This document shows positions 17,655-28,352 of a stretch of 64,000 nt of DNA, piece after piece (the first letter of the stretch is position 1; every line of letters begins with the position of its first letter). Made by a program: the position numbers and the translations under genes. The notes beneath the pieces were generated by a model, which was not told the DNA's origin, searched no databases, and saw nothing but the letters and a program-made list of their open reading frames with translations. This DNA is from an uncultured Gemmatimonadaceae bacterium (GTDB taxonomy: Bacteria > Gemmatimonadota > Gemmatimonadetes > Gemmatimonadales > Gemmatimonadaceae), in assembly GCA_963781585.1 (NCBI GenBank), contig CAWAGQ010000004.1:384001-448000 (forward strand), written 5' to 3'.

Positions 17655-19871
17655 GTGCCACTCGTCACACTGGCGTACCTTGCCGTCGCCGCCGGGCTCC
17701 TGATGGGGTTCGGCGGCGCGGTGCTGCTGGGGGCCGGGTGCGCCATCGCGCTCTTTGCCGCGGGCGTGCAGCGCCGTCAGGCGACGCCGTCGGTGTTGGG
17801 GGTGCTGGTGGTGGCCGCGGTAGCGCTGGCCCACTTCTCGGGGCGCGCGGACGAGCGATGTGCGCGTGCCATCGCGGCAAGCGGGGCGGCGCGCGTTCGC
17901 CTCGGTGAGGACGTGCGGCCGCGCCGCAACGCGCGGGGCGTGGCGCTGGGAGCGGGATGCCGCGTGCCGGTGCGGGTGGGTGTCGATTCAGGACACGCGG
18001 TCGCGGGTGCGTTGGTGGACGTGCACGGCGAGAGCCGACGCGATGGCGGCATGGTCACGTTCACCGGTGCCCGGATTGCCGTTCGCGCCCAGCCCGGGGT
18101 GCTGGCGAAATGGCGGGCGCGCACCGGACGGACCATCGACGAGATCTACGGAGCTCAGGCGCCACTGGCGCGGGCGCTCCTGATCGCCGACGAACACGAC
18201 ATCGCGCCTGAGGTACGTCGCCAGTTCGCCGACGCCGGGATTATCCACATGCTCTCGGTCTCGGGTCTGCACGTCGGGATTCTGGCGGAAGCGGTGGCCC
18301 TTGCGGCGCTGCTGCTGGGCGCGGGTGTCCGGCGGGCCGAGGTGGCGGCGGTGGTGGTCACCGCGTGCTTCGTGCTGTTCGTGGGGGCGCCGGCGCCCGC
18401 GGTGCGGGCCGGCGCGATGTATGCGGCCGTGGTCGCGGCCCGGCGGCTGCAGCGTCCCACCTCACCGTGGGCGCTGCTCGCGTTAGGCGCGGCGGTTCCG
18501 CTGCTCGATCCGAGGGCGGTGCGCGAAGTGGGGTACCAGCTCAGCAGCGTGGGCATGGCGGGACTGATCGCCAGTGGTGCGCTGTTCCGGCGCCTGTCCT
18601 TCCCCAAAGCACCCGCCTGGACGCTGCGCGCGATGCGCGAGATGCTCGCGACCGTCGTGGCCAGCGCGGTCACGGCGCCGATCGTCGCCTGGCACTTCGG
18701 ACGGGTGAGCCTGGCCGCGCCGATCACCAACCTGGCGGCGGCCCCGCTGTTCGGCCTCGCGCAGCCCGCGCTGTTCGTGTCGCTGCTCTGCTTCCCGGTG
18801 CGCCCGGTGGCGCGGTTCGTGGCCGGCGGCACGGGCGTGCTGCTGGCTGCCATCTCGCGCGTGGCCGCCTGGGGTGCGTCCGTCCCGGGAGCGGCGCTGG
18901 ACGTGATGCCAAGCGCCTTCACCGCGGCACTGATGGCGGTTGCGGCCGGCGCCCTGATCACGACCTGCGCAGCCCGGCGGTGGGCGAGACCGGCGCTTGC
19001 GGGCATTGGCGCAGTGGCTACGGCGCTATGGTGGCCCTTGCTGGCCCCGTCAGGGACGCGGCTCGAGGTGCACATGATCGACGTCGGACAGGGGGACGCC
19101 ATCGCGCTGCGAACACCCGCCGGGCGATGGATCGTGGTGGACGCGGGGGACGCATGGCGGAACGGCGACGCGGGCGCGCGGATTGTCGCCCCCTACCTCC
19201 GGCGGCGCGGCGGAGACGTGGCGGCGCTGGTGCTCACGCATCCGCACAGCGATCACATCGGCGGGGCGGCGAGTCTGCTGCGCCTGACGTCGGTAGCGGC
19301 AGTCTACGATGGCGGTGTGGTGTACCCGAGCGACGTCTATGACTCGCTGCTGACGCGCACCCGGGCCGCGCATGTCGCCTGGCGCCTTGCCCGGACCGGC
19401 GACAGCCTCACGGTCGACGGCGTGCGCCTGCGGATTCTGGGTCCGGATTCGATCACCGCCGCACGGGCTCGGGATCCCAACGAAGCCAGCGTGGTGGTCA
19501 TGGCCGAGTACCGAGGCGCCCGTGTGCTCCTCACCGGCGATGCCGAGCGTGCCGAGGAGTCCCGGATACTCGATCGCTTCGGCGACGAAATACACGCGGA
19601 CGTGCTGAAGGTGGGTCACCACGGCAGCATCACCAGCAGCACGGCACCGTTTCTCGATGCTGTTCACCCGCGCGTGGCGCTGGTGAGCGTCGGCGCCGAC
19701 AACAGCTACGGCCATCCCAGCGCGCAGGTGATGCACGATCTGCAACGGCGGCAGGTGGAACTGCTGCGCACGGACCAGGACGGGACCGTTGTGGTGAGCA
19801 CCGATGGGAAAACGCTCCGCATTCGCACCGACGAGGCGTCGTGGGAGTTGCGAATCCGATCGGTGCGGTAG
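17655..19871 (+). CDS. comEC: DNA uptake channel ComEC/Rec2
   Basis: GIIHMLSVSGLHV competence motif, multiple TMs, metallo-beta-lactamase domain DVGQGDA, THPHSDHIGG, LKVGHHGS, NSYGHP. Confidence 0.94.
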   Translation: MPLVTLAYLAVAAGLLMGFGGAVLLGAGCAIALFAAGVQRRQATPSVLGVLVVAAVALAHFSGRADERCARAIAASGAARVRLGEDVRPRRNARGVALGAGCRVPVRVGVDSGHAVAGALVDVHGESRRDGGMVTFTGARIAVRAQPGVLAKWRARTGRTIDEIYGAQAPLARALLIADEHDIAPEVRRQFADAGIIHMLSVSGLHVGILAEAVALAALLLGAGVRRAEVAAVVVTACFVLFVGAPAPAVRAGAMYAAVVAARRLQRPTSPWALLALGAAVPLLDPRAVREVGYQLSSVGMAGLIASGALFRRLSFPKAPAWTLRAMREMLATVVASAVTAPIVAWHFGRVSLAAPITNLAAAPLFGLAQPALFVSLLCFPVRPVARFVAGGTGVLLAAISRVAAWGASVPGAALDVMPSAFTAALMAVAAGALITTCAARRWARPALAGIGAVATALWWPLLAPSGTRLEVHMIDVGQGDAIALRTPAGRWIVVDAGDAWRNGDAGARIVAPYLRRRGGDVAALVLTHPHSDHIGGAASLLRLTSVAAVYDGGVVYPSDVYDSLLTRTRAAHVAWRLARTGDSLTVDGVRLRILGPDSITAARARDPNEASVVVMAEYRGARVLLTGDAERAEESRILDRFGDEIHADVLKVGHHGSITSSTAPFLDAVHPRVALVSVGADNSYGHPSAQVMHDLQRRQVELLRTDQDGTVVVSTDGKTLRIRTDEASWELRIRSVR

Positions 19872-20125
19872 ACACGCCGGGTGCGTACCCCGGCGACCGG
19901 CGCGGCACGCCGGTGCGGCCCACGCCGCGCGTGTCAGCGGAATTGCCCTTGCACGAGTTTTGCTACCTACCGCAGTTTGAGACCGGCCGCGCACTCCCGG
20001 ATCGTTCCTCGCCCGGGAGCGCCAGATCGCGCGGCGCGAGAATCTGGTCTCGAAGTCGATCCATGGCAGGTCGCCGCGTGATGGTGCGCATCAAACGCCG
20101 ATCCCCCAATCGAGGACGTCCATCC

Positions 20126-21151
20126 GTGGTCAAGCACACCGACACATCGGTCGTCACCATCGAGCGCTTCATCATCGAAATGGAGCGGCAGTTCCCCGAG
20201 GCGACCGGCGAGCTCTCGGGGATTCTGTACGACGTCGCACTCGCCGCCAAGATGATCGCGAACAAGGTCCGGCGGGCCGGTCTGGTCGATATCCTCGGCG
20301 CGCTCGAGACGGAGAACGTGCAGGGCGAGATTCAGCAGAAACTCGATGTGTTTGCGAACGAGACCATCATCAAGGCCATGGACCACGGTGGCCGGCTGGC
20401 CGCGATGGCGTCGGAGGAAGATCCGGACATCATTCCAATCCCGGCCGAGTTCAAGTGCGGGAAGTACGTGCTGCTCTTCGACCCGCTCGACGGCTCGTCG
20501 AACATCGATGTAAACGTACCCGTGGGCACGATCTTTTCCGTACTCAAGAAAATCACCCGTGGGGTTCGCGGCGACATGGAAGACATGCTGCAGCCGGGAC
20601 GCCGTCAGGTCGTTGCGGGCTACGTGATCTACGGTTCGAGCACGATGCTGGTGTACACCGCGGGACAGGGTGTACATGGATTCACCCTCGACCCCACGCT
20701 TGGCGAGTTCCTGCTCACCAATGCCGACATCAAGATCCCCACCCGCGGGCGCTATCTCTCGGTGAACAACGCCTACGAGCAGATCTGGGATGATCCGGTC
20801 AAGACCCTGATGCGGCGCTACCGCGGTCTCGACGGCGTGCAGAAGCCGATGAGCGAGCGCTACGTGGGTTCGCTGGTGGCCGATTTCCACCGCAACCTGC
20901 TCGGGGGCGGGCTGTTCGCGTACCCGGCGAATCGGCAGAGCCACCATGGGAAGCTCCGCCTGCTCTACGAAGCGAACCCGCTGGCGTTCGTCGTCACCGA
21001 GGCGGGCGGCGCGGCCATCGACGGCACCACCGACATCCTCGATATTCACCCCACCGCGCTGCACCAGCGCACGCCGCTGTACATTGGCAGCAAGGGGGAT
21101 GTGGAGACGGCCCGGGAGATTCTCGCCGCCAGGCTGGTGGAATCGGCCTGA
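20126..21151 (+). CDS. fbp: Class 1 fructose-1,6-bisphosphatase
   Basis: NVQGE.QQKLDV, FDPLDGSSNIDVN..VGTIF, RYVGSLVAD, KLRLLYEANP; GAGGA upstream of GTG 20126. Confidence 0.95.
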   Translation: MVKHTDTSVVTIERFIIEMERQFPEATGELSGILYDVALAAKMIANKVRRAGLVDILGALETENVQGEIQQKLDVFANETIIKAMDHGGRLAAMASEEDPDIIPIPAEFKCGKYVLLFDPLDGSSNIDVNVPVGTIFSVLKKITRGVRGDMEDMLQPGRRQVVAGYVIYGSSTMLVYTAGQGVHGFTLDPTLGEFLLTNADIKIPTRGRYLSVNNAYEQIWDDPVKTLMRRYRGLDGVQKPMSERYVGSLVADFHRNLLGGGLFAYPANRQSHHGKLRLLYEANPLAFVVTEAGGAAIDGTTDILDIHPTALHQRTPLYIGSKGDVETAREILAARLVESA

Positions 21152-21214
21152 TCGAGCCCGGAGTACAGAAGCCGGAGTCGCTCTTCGCGTGGCCGGGGGT
21201 TTGATTTCTCGGGC

Positions 21215-22831
21215 ATGACCGACGACACAGACGCGCGTGCCACGCCGTCGGGGATCCCGGTCGAGAGAGTCTACGGTCCGGACGACCTGGCCCCCGACTA
21301 TCGCCAATCGTTAGGCGATCCGGGACGCTTCCCGTTCACCCGCGGCATCCAGGCCACCATGTACCGCGGCCGGCTCTGGACCATGCGCCAGTACGCGGGC
21401 TTCGGAACTGCCGCCGAGACCAACGCCCGGTTCCGGCACCTCCTCGACGCCGGGCAGACCGGCCTGTCGGTGGCCTTCGATCTGCCGACGCAGATGGGAC
21501 TCGACTCCGACGCTCCGCTGTCGCGTGGCGAAGTCGGGCGGGTGGGGGTGGCGATCGATTCGGTCGAGGACATGCACGTCCTCCTGGCCGATCTCCCACT
21601 CGAAGCGGTGACCACCTCCATGACCATCAACGCCACGGCGGCCACGCTGCTGGCGATGTACATCGTGGTCGCCGAAGAGCGCGGCATCGACCGTGCCCGC
21701 CTCGGCGGCACCGTGCAGAACGACATCCTCAAGGAGTACATCGCTCGCGGAACCTACATCTATCCCCCCGGCCCCAGCCTGCGACTCACCACCGAGGTGT
21801 TCCGCTTCTGCGCCGCCGAGGTGCCGAGCTGGAATCCGATCTCCATTTCCGGCTATCACATCCGCGAGGCGGGCGCGACCGCCGTGCAGGAGCTCGCGTT
21901 CACCTTCGCCAACATGCTCGAGTACGCGCGTGGCGCGGTGGAGGCGGGCCTGCCGGTCGACACGTTTGCACCGCGGTTTTCGTTCTTCTTCGCGTCACAT
22001 AACGACTTGTTCGAGGAAGTAGCGAAGTTCCGCGCCGCCCGACGGCTGTACGCCCGCCTGATGCGCGAGCAATTCGGAGCGTCGGATGCCACCTGCCGCC
22101 TGCGCTTCCATACTCAGACCGGCGGCGTAACGCTGACCGCGCAGCAGCCCTTGAACAACGTGGTTCGAGTCACCGTCCAGGCGCTGGCGGCGACGCTCGG
22201 AGGCACCCAATCGCTCCATACCAACGGCTACGACGAAGCGCTGGCCCTGCCTGGCGAGCAGGCGGCGACCCTCGCGTTGCGAACGCAGCAGCTCATCGCG
22301 CATGAGTCCGGGATCGCGAATACGGTCGATCCGATGGCCGGCAGCTTTTACGTCGAACATCTGACCGACGAACTGGAGCGCCGCGCCTGCGAACTGCTGT
22401 CGCGGATCGACGCGCTCGGCGGGGCCGCGCGCGCCATCGCGGCCGGTTTCGTTCAGGAGGAGATCGCACGGAGCGCCTGGGAGGCGCAGCAGCGCGTGGA
22501 GTCGGGAGCCGCCACCGTGGTAGGCGTGAACCGCTACCTGGACGACCAGCCGGCTCCCATTCTGCCCCAGCCCGATTTCTCGCAGCTCGAGCGCGAGCAG
22601 ATCGAACGCGTGCGCGCGCTCCGGGATCGGCGCGACGCGGCAGGCGTTCGATCGGCGCTGTCCGCGCTGCGCGGCATCGCCCGGTCCTATCGCGATGACT
22701 CGTCTTCCGCGGTTCTGTCGAGGCCTCCGGTCGTTCCTGCCATCCTCGGGGCCGTGCGGGCGCGGGCGACGGTTGGCGAAATCTCGCAGGCGCTGGCCGA
22801 GGAGTGGGGTGCCCACGACCACGCGGGCTAG
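21215..22831 (+). CDS. Methylmalonyl-CoA mutase family, substrate-binding (large) subunit lacking the B12-binding domain
   Basis: [47 protein letters not shown]; no DxHxxG C-terminal domain. Confidence 0.92.
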   Translation: MTDDTDARATPSGIPVERVYGPDDLAPDYRQSLGDPGRFPFTRGIQATMYRGRLWTMRQYAGFGTAAETNARFRHLLDAGQTGLSVAFDLPTQMGLDSDAPLSRGEVGRVGVAIDSVEDMHVLLADLPLEAVTTSMTINATAATLLAMYIVVAEERGIDRARLGGTVQNDILKEYIARGTYIYPPGPSLRLTTEVFRFCAAEVPSWNPISISGYHIREAGATAVQELAFTFANMLEYARGAVEAGLPVDTFAPRFSFFFASHNDLFEEVAKFRAARRLYARLMREQFGASDATCRLRFHTQTGGVTLTAQQPLNNVVRVTVQALAATLGGTQSLHTNGYDEALALPGEQAATLALRTQQLIAHESGIANTVDPMAGSFYVEHLTDELERRACELLSRIDALGGAARAIAAGFVQEEIARSAWEAQQRVESGAATVVGVNRYLDDQPAPILPQPDFSQLEREQIERVRALRDRRDAAGVRSALSALRGIARSYRDDSSSAVLSRPPVVPAILGAVRARATVGEISQALAEEWGAHDHAG

Positions 22832-22926
22832 ATGCAGGGAGAGCCATGCGACCTGGTTGCGGTCCGACATGGCGCGGTGTGTCCGAGTTCCACGACACGC
22901 GAGATGCATCGTCGTAAGTTCTTCGC

Positions 22927-22955
22927 TTGAAGGAGTTTTCGCGTCCCAGTAGCTT
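22927..22955 (+). promoter_or_regulatory. Putative sigma70 promoter of the fmdB-like/argS operon
   Basis: TTGAAG-17 nt-TAGCTT. Confidence 0.5.
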
Positions 22956-22989
22956 TAGACCCATTCACCCCGCTGACGCGACGGTCGCT

Positions 22990-23343
22990 TTGCCTACCTA
23001 CGAGTATCGGTGCCCCGAGGGGCATGAGTTCGAGCACTTCTACCGCACCATGGCGGGCGCGGAAGCCGAACTGCCATGTCCGGTGTGCGGGAAGACGGCC
23101 CAGCGCAAGGTATCCGGCGGCGCCGGGCTGGTCTTCAAGGGCTCCGGGTTCTACATCACGGACTATGGCAAGGACGGCAAGAAGGATCTGCGGCGGGGCG
23201 GGACTGGTCGCTCGTCAGGCGGCGCGGACGGTGGAGGCTCCACCGGAAGCGAGAAGTCCTCGGCGGGGAGCGGCGACAGCAACTCCTCCAGCCCGGGAAG
23301 CGAGAAGGAGAAGAAGAACGAAGCGAAGAAACCTGACGAATGA
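22990..23343 (+). CDS. FmdB-family zinc-ribbon protein with low-complexity tail
   Basis: PTYEYRC..GH.FE, CPVCG, FKGSGFYITDY; TTG start. Confidence 0.88.
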   Translation: MPTYEYRCPEGHEFEHFYRTMAGAEAELPCPVCGKTAQRKVSGGAGLVFKGSGFYITDYGKDGKKDLRRGGTGRSSGGADGGGSTGSEKSSAGSGDSNSSSPGSEKEKKNEAKKPDE

Positions 23344-24983
23344 CGCGCGAGGCGATTCTGCGCGATGAACTGATCGCGTCCGCGCGAGCATTGGGTGCGC
23401 CCGATTCCGTGGATCCGGTTATCGAACGACCCCGCGATCCGTCCTTCGGCGACCTCTCGACAAACCTCGCGATGACCCTGGCGCGGCACCTTCGTCGCAA
23501 GCCGCACGACATCGCGCGCGAACTCATCGCGCACCTGAACCTCGGGCGCGCGGGCGTGCGCGAGGCCACCGTCGCGGGCGCCGGCTTCATCAACTTCCGT
23601 CTCGACGCCGCAGCGGCGACCCGCGGTCTCGCCGACGCCATTGCCGCCGACGCGCGGTACGGGCGCAGCGACGAAGGGCAGGGGCGCACGTTCAACGTGG
23701 AATTCGTGTCGGCCAATCCCACCGGACCCCTGCATGTGGGGCACGGACGACAGGCTGCGCTGGGTGATGCGATTGCGTCGCTGCTGGACTGGACGGGCTG
23801 GAACGTGACCCGCGAGTTCTACTACAACGATGCGGGTGCGCAGATCGAGAATCTCGCAGGCAGCGTGCAGGCGCGACTGCGGGAGGTCCGTTCCGGGGTG
23901 CTGGAGCTTCCGGAAGGCGGCTACCACGGCGAGTACATCAGGGACATTGCCGCCGCGTACGTGCTCGAGCATCCGGACGATCCGCTCGGCGACCTCCTCG
24001 ACCAGGTCCGATCGTTCGCGGTGCGGGCGCTGCGCCTTGAGCAGGATCGCGATCTCCAGGCATTCGGCGTCCGGTTCGACAAGTACTTTCTCGAATCATC
24101 GCTGTACTCCGACGGGCGCGTCGACGAGACGGTGCAGATGCTGGAGCAGGGCGGCCACGTCTACGACAAGGAGGGCGCTCTCTGGTTGCGCACCACGGAC
24201 TACGGCGACGACAAGGACCGGGTGATGCGGAAGTCGGACGGGACCTACACGTACTTCGTGCCGGACGTGGCCTACCACGTCACCAAGTGGCGCCGCGGGT
24301 TCCGCCACGCGGTGAACGTGCAGGGGAGTGATCACCACGGCACCATCGTGCGCGTCCGCGCCGGCCTGCAAGCCCTCAATCTGGGGATTCCGGACGGTTA
24401 TCCCGAATATCAGCTCCACCAGATGGTGACGGTCACGCGCGGCGGAGACGAGGTGAAGATCTCGAAGCGCGCCGGTAGTTACGTGACGGTGCGCGATCTG
24501 GTGGACGAGGTTGGGCGTGACGCGGTGCGCTATTTCTTCCTGATGCGCAAAGCGGACAGTCAGCTCGTGTTCGACGTCGACCTCGCGCGGTCGCAGTCCG
24601 AGGAGAATCCGGTTTACTACATTCAGATGGCGCATGCGCGGATGTGCGGCATCTTCCGCGTGGGCAACCTGGATGTCGCATCGACCAGCGCCGAGGGAGT
24701 CGACTTTTCGTTGCTGTCCGAAGACGTGGAACGCAACCTTGCCGCGTCACTCTGCGACTTTCCCCGCACCGTGGCCAGCGCGGCGGCCGCACGCGAGCCG
24801 CAGCGACTGGCGGTGTTCCTGCACGACACTGCTCAACTCGTGCACAACTGGTATCATCGGTACCGCGTACTGGAGGCGCCGCCCGGCGTGAGGGAAGCGA
24901 GGCTCGTCCTGGCGCGCGCCTCCCAGATCGTGGTGCGCAACGGCCTCGCCATCCTCGGAATTTCCGCACCGGAGCGAATGTGA
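23340..24983 (+). CDS. argS: Arginine--tRNA ligase
   Basis: VEFVSANPTGPLHVGHGR, DYGDDKDRV, KISKRAG, NPVYYIQMAHAR, APERM terminus. Confidence 0.96.
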   Translation: MTREAILRDELIASARALGAPDSVDPVIERPRDPSFGDLSTNLAMTLARHLRRKPHDIARELIAHLNLGRAGVREATVAGAGFINFRLDAAAATRGLADAIAADARYGRSDEGQGRTFNVEFVSANPTGPLHVGHGRQAALGDAIASLLDWTGWNVTREFYYNDAGAQIENLAGSVQARLREVRSGVLELPEGGYHGEYIRDIAAAYVLEHPDDPLGDLLDQVRSFAVRALRLEQDRDLQAFGVRFDKYFLESSLYSDGRVDETVQMLEQGGHVYDKEGALWLRTTDYGDDKDRVMRKSDGTYTYFVPDVAYHVTKWRRGFRHAVNVQGSDHHGTIVRVRAGLQALNLGIPDGYPEYQLHQMVTVTRGGDEVKISKRAGSYVTVRDLVDEVGRDAVRYFFLMRKADSQLVFDVDLARSQSEENPVYYIQMAHARMCGIFRVGNLDVASTSAEGVDFSLLSEDVERNLAASLCDFPRTVASAAAAREPQRLAVFLHDTAQLVHNWYHRYRVLEAPPGVREARLVLARASQIVVRNGLAILGISAPERM

Positions 24984-25065
24984 CGTCGCCAGGTTCCGCC
25001 GGTGACGCTCGGAGAGATTCCCGCGCCGCGCTCGCGGTTAGGCGCCGTCCCCGTTTCCCTGTCGC

Positions 25066-25986
25066 ATGTCTACGGTTCTGGTAGTCGGCTCGGTCGCGCT
25101 CGATTCGGTGGAAACGCCGTTCGGGCGGATAGAGGACGCGATTGGCGGATCGGGAACGTTCTTCGCCGCGTCGGCCGCCCACTTCACGCCCGTCCAGCTG
25201 GTGGGCGTTGTGGGCAGCGACTACCCGGTGGCCAGGCTCGAGTCGCTGCGCGCGCGCGGCGTGTCGCTCGACGGTCTCGAACAGATCGAGGGTGAGTCGT
25301 TTCGCTGGCGGGGCCGCTATCGGCACGACCTCAATGCCGCCGAGACGCTCGAGACGCGCCTGGGAGTGTTCTCGAACTTTCGTCCCAAGATCCCGGAGGC
25401 GTTTCGGAGCGCGCCCTACGTCTTCCTGGCGAACATCGACCCGCGGCTGCAGCTCGACGTCTTGCGCCAGGTGGATCGTCCCCAGCTGGTGGCGTGCGAT
25501 ACGATGAACTTCTGGATCGAGAGCCGGCGCAACGAGCTGCTCGAGTTGCTCGCCCGGGTCGACATTCTCCTGGTGAACGACGGCGAGGCGCGCCAGCTCA
25601 CCGAGGAGTACAACCTGGTCCGTGCGGCCCGCTGGATTCTGGAGCGCGGGCCGAAGCACGTGGTGATCAAGAAGGGTGAACACGGCGCGTACATGTTCTC
25701 GGCCCACTCGGTCTTCTTCGCGCCGGCGTATCCGCTCGAGAACGTGTTCGACCCCACCGGCGCCGGCGATTCCTTCGCGGGCGGGTTCATCGGATATCTG
25801 GCGCGCACCGGACGGTCGGACGAACAGGCCATGCGACGTGCGGTCGTGTACGGATCCACCATGGGCTCGTTCGCCGTCGAGGCGTTTTCGATCGAGCGCC
25901 TGCTCGAGGTGCATCGGGTGGACATCGCCCGGCGGCTGGAGGAATTCCGGACGCTGGTGGCCTTCGAGGAGGAGATCGAGGGGTGA
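25066..25986 (+). CDS. PfkB-family carbohydrate/nucleoside kinase
   Basis: GSVALD.VETPFG, GGSG, DTMNFWI, DPTGAGDSFAGG. Confidence 0.92.
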   Translation: MSTVLVVGSVALDSVETPFGRIEDAIGGSGTFFAASAAHFTPVQLVGVVGSDYPVARLESLRARGVSLDGLEQIEGESFRWRGRYRHDLNAAETLETRLGVFSNFRPKIPEAFRSAPYVFLANIDPRLQLDVLRQVDRPQLVACDTMNFWIESRRNELLELLARVDILLVNDGEARQLTEEYNLVRAARWILERGPKHVVIKKGEHGAYMFSAHSVFFAPAYPLENVFDPTGAGDSFAGGFIGYLARTGRSDEQAMRRAVVYGSTMGSFAVEAFSIERLLEVHRVDIARRLEEFRTLVAFEEEIEG

Positions 25987-27014
25987 GCACGCCGCTCGAC
26001 TACCGCACGGCGGGGGTGGACATCGCGCTGGCCGACGACGCGAAACGCCGGATGCGCGCGCTGGTGGAGTCGACGCGTACCGCCGACACCCTCGGTGCGT
26101 TCGGTGCCTTCGGCGGGCTCCACCGCGCCCCGGGCGGCCGGCACCCGGTGCTGGTCGCCAGCGCCGACGGCGTGGGAACGAAGATCAGGGTCGCGATCGA
26201 CGCCGGACGCCACGACAGCGTCGGACACGATCTCGTGAACCACTGCGTCAACGACATCCTCGCCCAGGGCGCCACCCCGCTCTTCTTTCTGGACTACATC
26301 GCGTTCGGGGCGCTCGATCCGGCCGTCGCCGAATCCGTGGTGGCGGGCGTGGCCGCTGGATGCCGCGAGAACGGGTGCGCGCTGCTGGGCGGCGAGACCG
26401 CCGAGATGCCGGGCCTCTACACGCCTCCCGACTACGATCTGGCGGGTTTCATGGTCGGGGCGGTGGAGGAGGAGGCGCTGCTCGGAGCGGACCGGGTGCG
26501 GGCCGGCGACGCGGTGATCGCTCTGGAGAGCCGCGGTCTGCATACCAACGGGTACTCACTGGCGCGGCGCATTCTGGCGGACCGGCTTCGGCTCGGTGCC
26601 GATGACCCTTTCCCGGGCGAGGACGGAGCCACGGTGGCCGATGTGCTGTTGCGCGTGCACCGATCGTACCTGGGCGTGCTCCGGCCGTTTCTGCCCGAGC
26701 TGCACGCGCTGGCGCACATCACCGGGGGCGGCATCCCCGGAAATCTCGGCCGCGTTCTGCCGGCCGCGCTGGACGCGGTGGTGCACCTGGCCTCGTGGCC
26801 GGTGCCTAACGTTTTCCGGGTGCTGGCCGGGGCAGGCGAGGTGAAGGCGGAGGAGATGTACCGTGCGTTCAACATGGGGGCCGGCATGCTGGCGGTCGCG
26901 GCGCCGGCGGTGGGCCTGCGACTCATGGCCGCGGCCACCGCCGCCGGCACCCGCGCCTGGCAGGCCGGTGAAATCACAGCCGGATCCGGCCGCGTCGTGC
27001 TGCGCGGGGAGTAG
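25983..27014 (+). CDS. purM: Phosphoribosylformylglycinamidine cyclo-ligase
   Basis: Y..AGVDI, DGVGTK, LFFLDY, GGETAEMPG, GLHTNGYSL, HITGGG, FNMG. Confidence 0.95.
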   Translation: MSTPLDYRTAGVDIALADDAKRRMRALVESTRTADTLGAFGAFGGLHRAPGGRHPVLVASADGVGTKIRVAIDAGRHDSVGHDLVNHCVNDILAQGATPLFFLDYIAFGALDPAVAESVVAGVAAGCRENGCALLGGETAEMPGLYTPPDYDLAGFMVGAVEEEALLGADRVRAGDAVIALESRGLHTNGYSLARRILADRLRLGADDPFPGEDGATVADVLLRVHRSYLGVLRPFLPELHALAHITGGGIPGNLGRVLPAALDAVVHLASWPVPNVFRVLAGAGEVKAEEMYRAFNMGAGMLAVAAPAVGLRLMAAATAAGTRAWQAGEITAGSGRVVLRGE

Positions 27015-27242
27015 AGTCCACATGCGTGGCCCTCCCGATGCGGCGTTAGGCGGCAACCTGGCAGCGTCAGCGGCCGCCGCGCGCGTCCCGCGGGCATTTG
27101 CCGACCCGGCCCTCAACCTGACGCAGGTGCGGGTCGCCCCCGGGGTCGGACGCTCCTTGGGCGAGGTCCGGACGCTCAACTCGTTTGGTCCGGACCGCGC
27201 CGACGACGCCGTGGTGTTCGCCGCACTCGGGGCGCGTGCGCA

Positions 27243-28352
27243 TTGGTAGACGCGCGAGCACCGGACGAGCAGGGCGCCGACGCCGACGCGGCATTCATGC
27301 GTCGCGCGCTCGAGCTCGCGCGGGCGGGTTGGGGGCAGACCTCCCCCAATCCGATGGTCGGCGCGGTCGTGGTACGCGATGGCGCGATTGTCGGGGAAGG
27401 CGCCCATCGGCAGTTCGGGGGCCCCCACGCCGAGGTCGAGGCGCTGAGCGCGGCCGGAAGCAGGGCGCGCGGGGCCACGCTGTACGTCACCCTCGAGCCC
27501 TGCGTGCACCAGGGCAAGACGCCGCCCTGCGTGACGGCAATCGTGGCCGCCGGCATCCGGCGCGTGGTCGTCGCCATGCGGGATCGCAACCCCGAGGCGG
27601 CCGGCGGACTGGAGCGGCTCCGCACGGCCGGGCTGTCGGTCGACGCCGGTCCCGGCGCGGAGGCCGCGCTCGAGCTGAACGCGGCGTACTTCCATTCGTA
27701 TGCAGCCCAACGTCCGTGGACGACCCTCAAGCTCGCCGTGTCGCTCGACGGAGCCATTGCCGACTACACCCGGGAACCCGGATGGATGACCGGAGAGGCG
27801 GCGCGTCAGGCGGTGCACCGCCTGCGGGCGGGCCACGACGTCATCGCGGTGGGAATGGGCACCGTACTCACCGATGATCCGCAACTCACCGTGCGTGACG
27901 CGCCGCTGCCGAGGGTCCCGCCGCTTCGCGCGGTGTTCTCGCGCACCGGCCGCCTGCCGTTGACCTCGCGGCTGGCGCAATCGGTGCACGAGGCTCCGGT
28001 CCTCGTGTTCGCCCAGTCGATCGATCCGGCGTACGAGCAGCTGCTCCGGCAGCTGGGTGTGGAGGTGGTGCTCGTGCCGTTGCTCGACGACGCGATGCGG
28101 CTGCTCGTCTCGCGGGGCCACCGCGCACTCCTCGTGGAAGGAGGCGCGCGGCTGGGTGCATCACTGATGGAGGCGAAGCTCGTTGACCGGCTGGTTGTTT
28201 TTCAGGCGCCGCTCATCCTCGGGGCGGGCGCGGTCAACGCCTTCGCCGCGATTCCATCCCGCCGAGTGGGCGAAGCCCCCCGACTGCGGATCGTGACCCG
28301 CGAACCGCTGGGGGACGATCTGATGACGGTCTTCGCACTGGATCGGTCCTGA
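27243..28352 (+). CDS. ribD: Riboflavin biosynthesis deaminase/reductase RibD
   Basis: PNPMVGAV, HAE, TLEPC.H.GKTPPC, K.A.SLDG, VEGG. Confidence 0.94.
   Translation: MVDARAPDEQGADADAAFMRRALELARAGWGQTSPNPMVGAVVVRDGAIVGEGAHRQFGGPHAEVEALSAAGSRARGATLYVTLEPCVHQGKTPPCVTAIVAAGIRRVVVAMRDRNPEAAGGLERLRTAGLSVDAGPGAEAALELNAAYFHSYAAQRPWTTLKLAVSLDGAIADYTREPGWMTGEAARQAVHRLRAGHDVIAVGMGTVLTDDPQLTVRDAPLPRVPPLRAVFSRTGRLPLTSRLAQSVHEAPVLVFAQSIDPAYEQLLRQLGVEVVLVPLLDDAMRLLVSRGHRALLVEGGARLGASLMEAKLVDRLVVFQAPLILGAGAVNAFAAIPSRRVGEAPRLRIVTREPLGDDLMTVFALDRS

Noticed and set aside
21215..22831. Truncated (pseudogene) methylmalonyl-CoA mutase
   Set aside because: It ends cleanly at ATVGEIS..L...WG, typical of split two-subunit mutases whose B12-binding subunit is encoded separately.
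27015..27242. FMN riboswitch upstream of the rib operon
   Set aside because: No RFN hallmark sequences (AGGGCGGGGTGAAATTCCC-like) seen.
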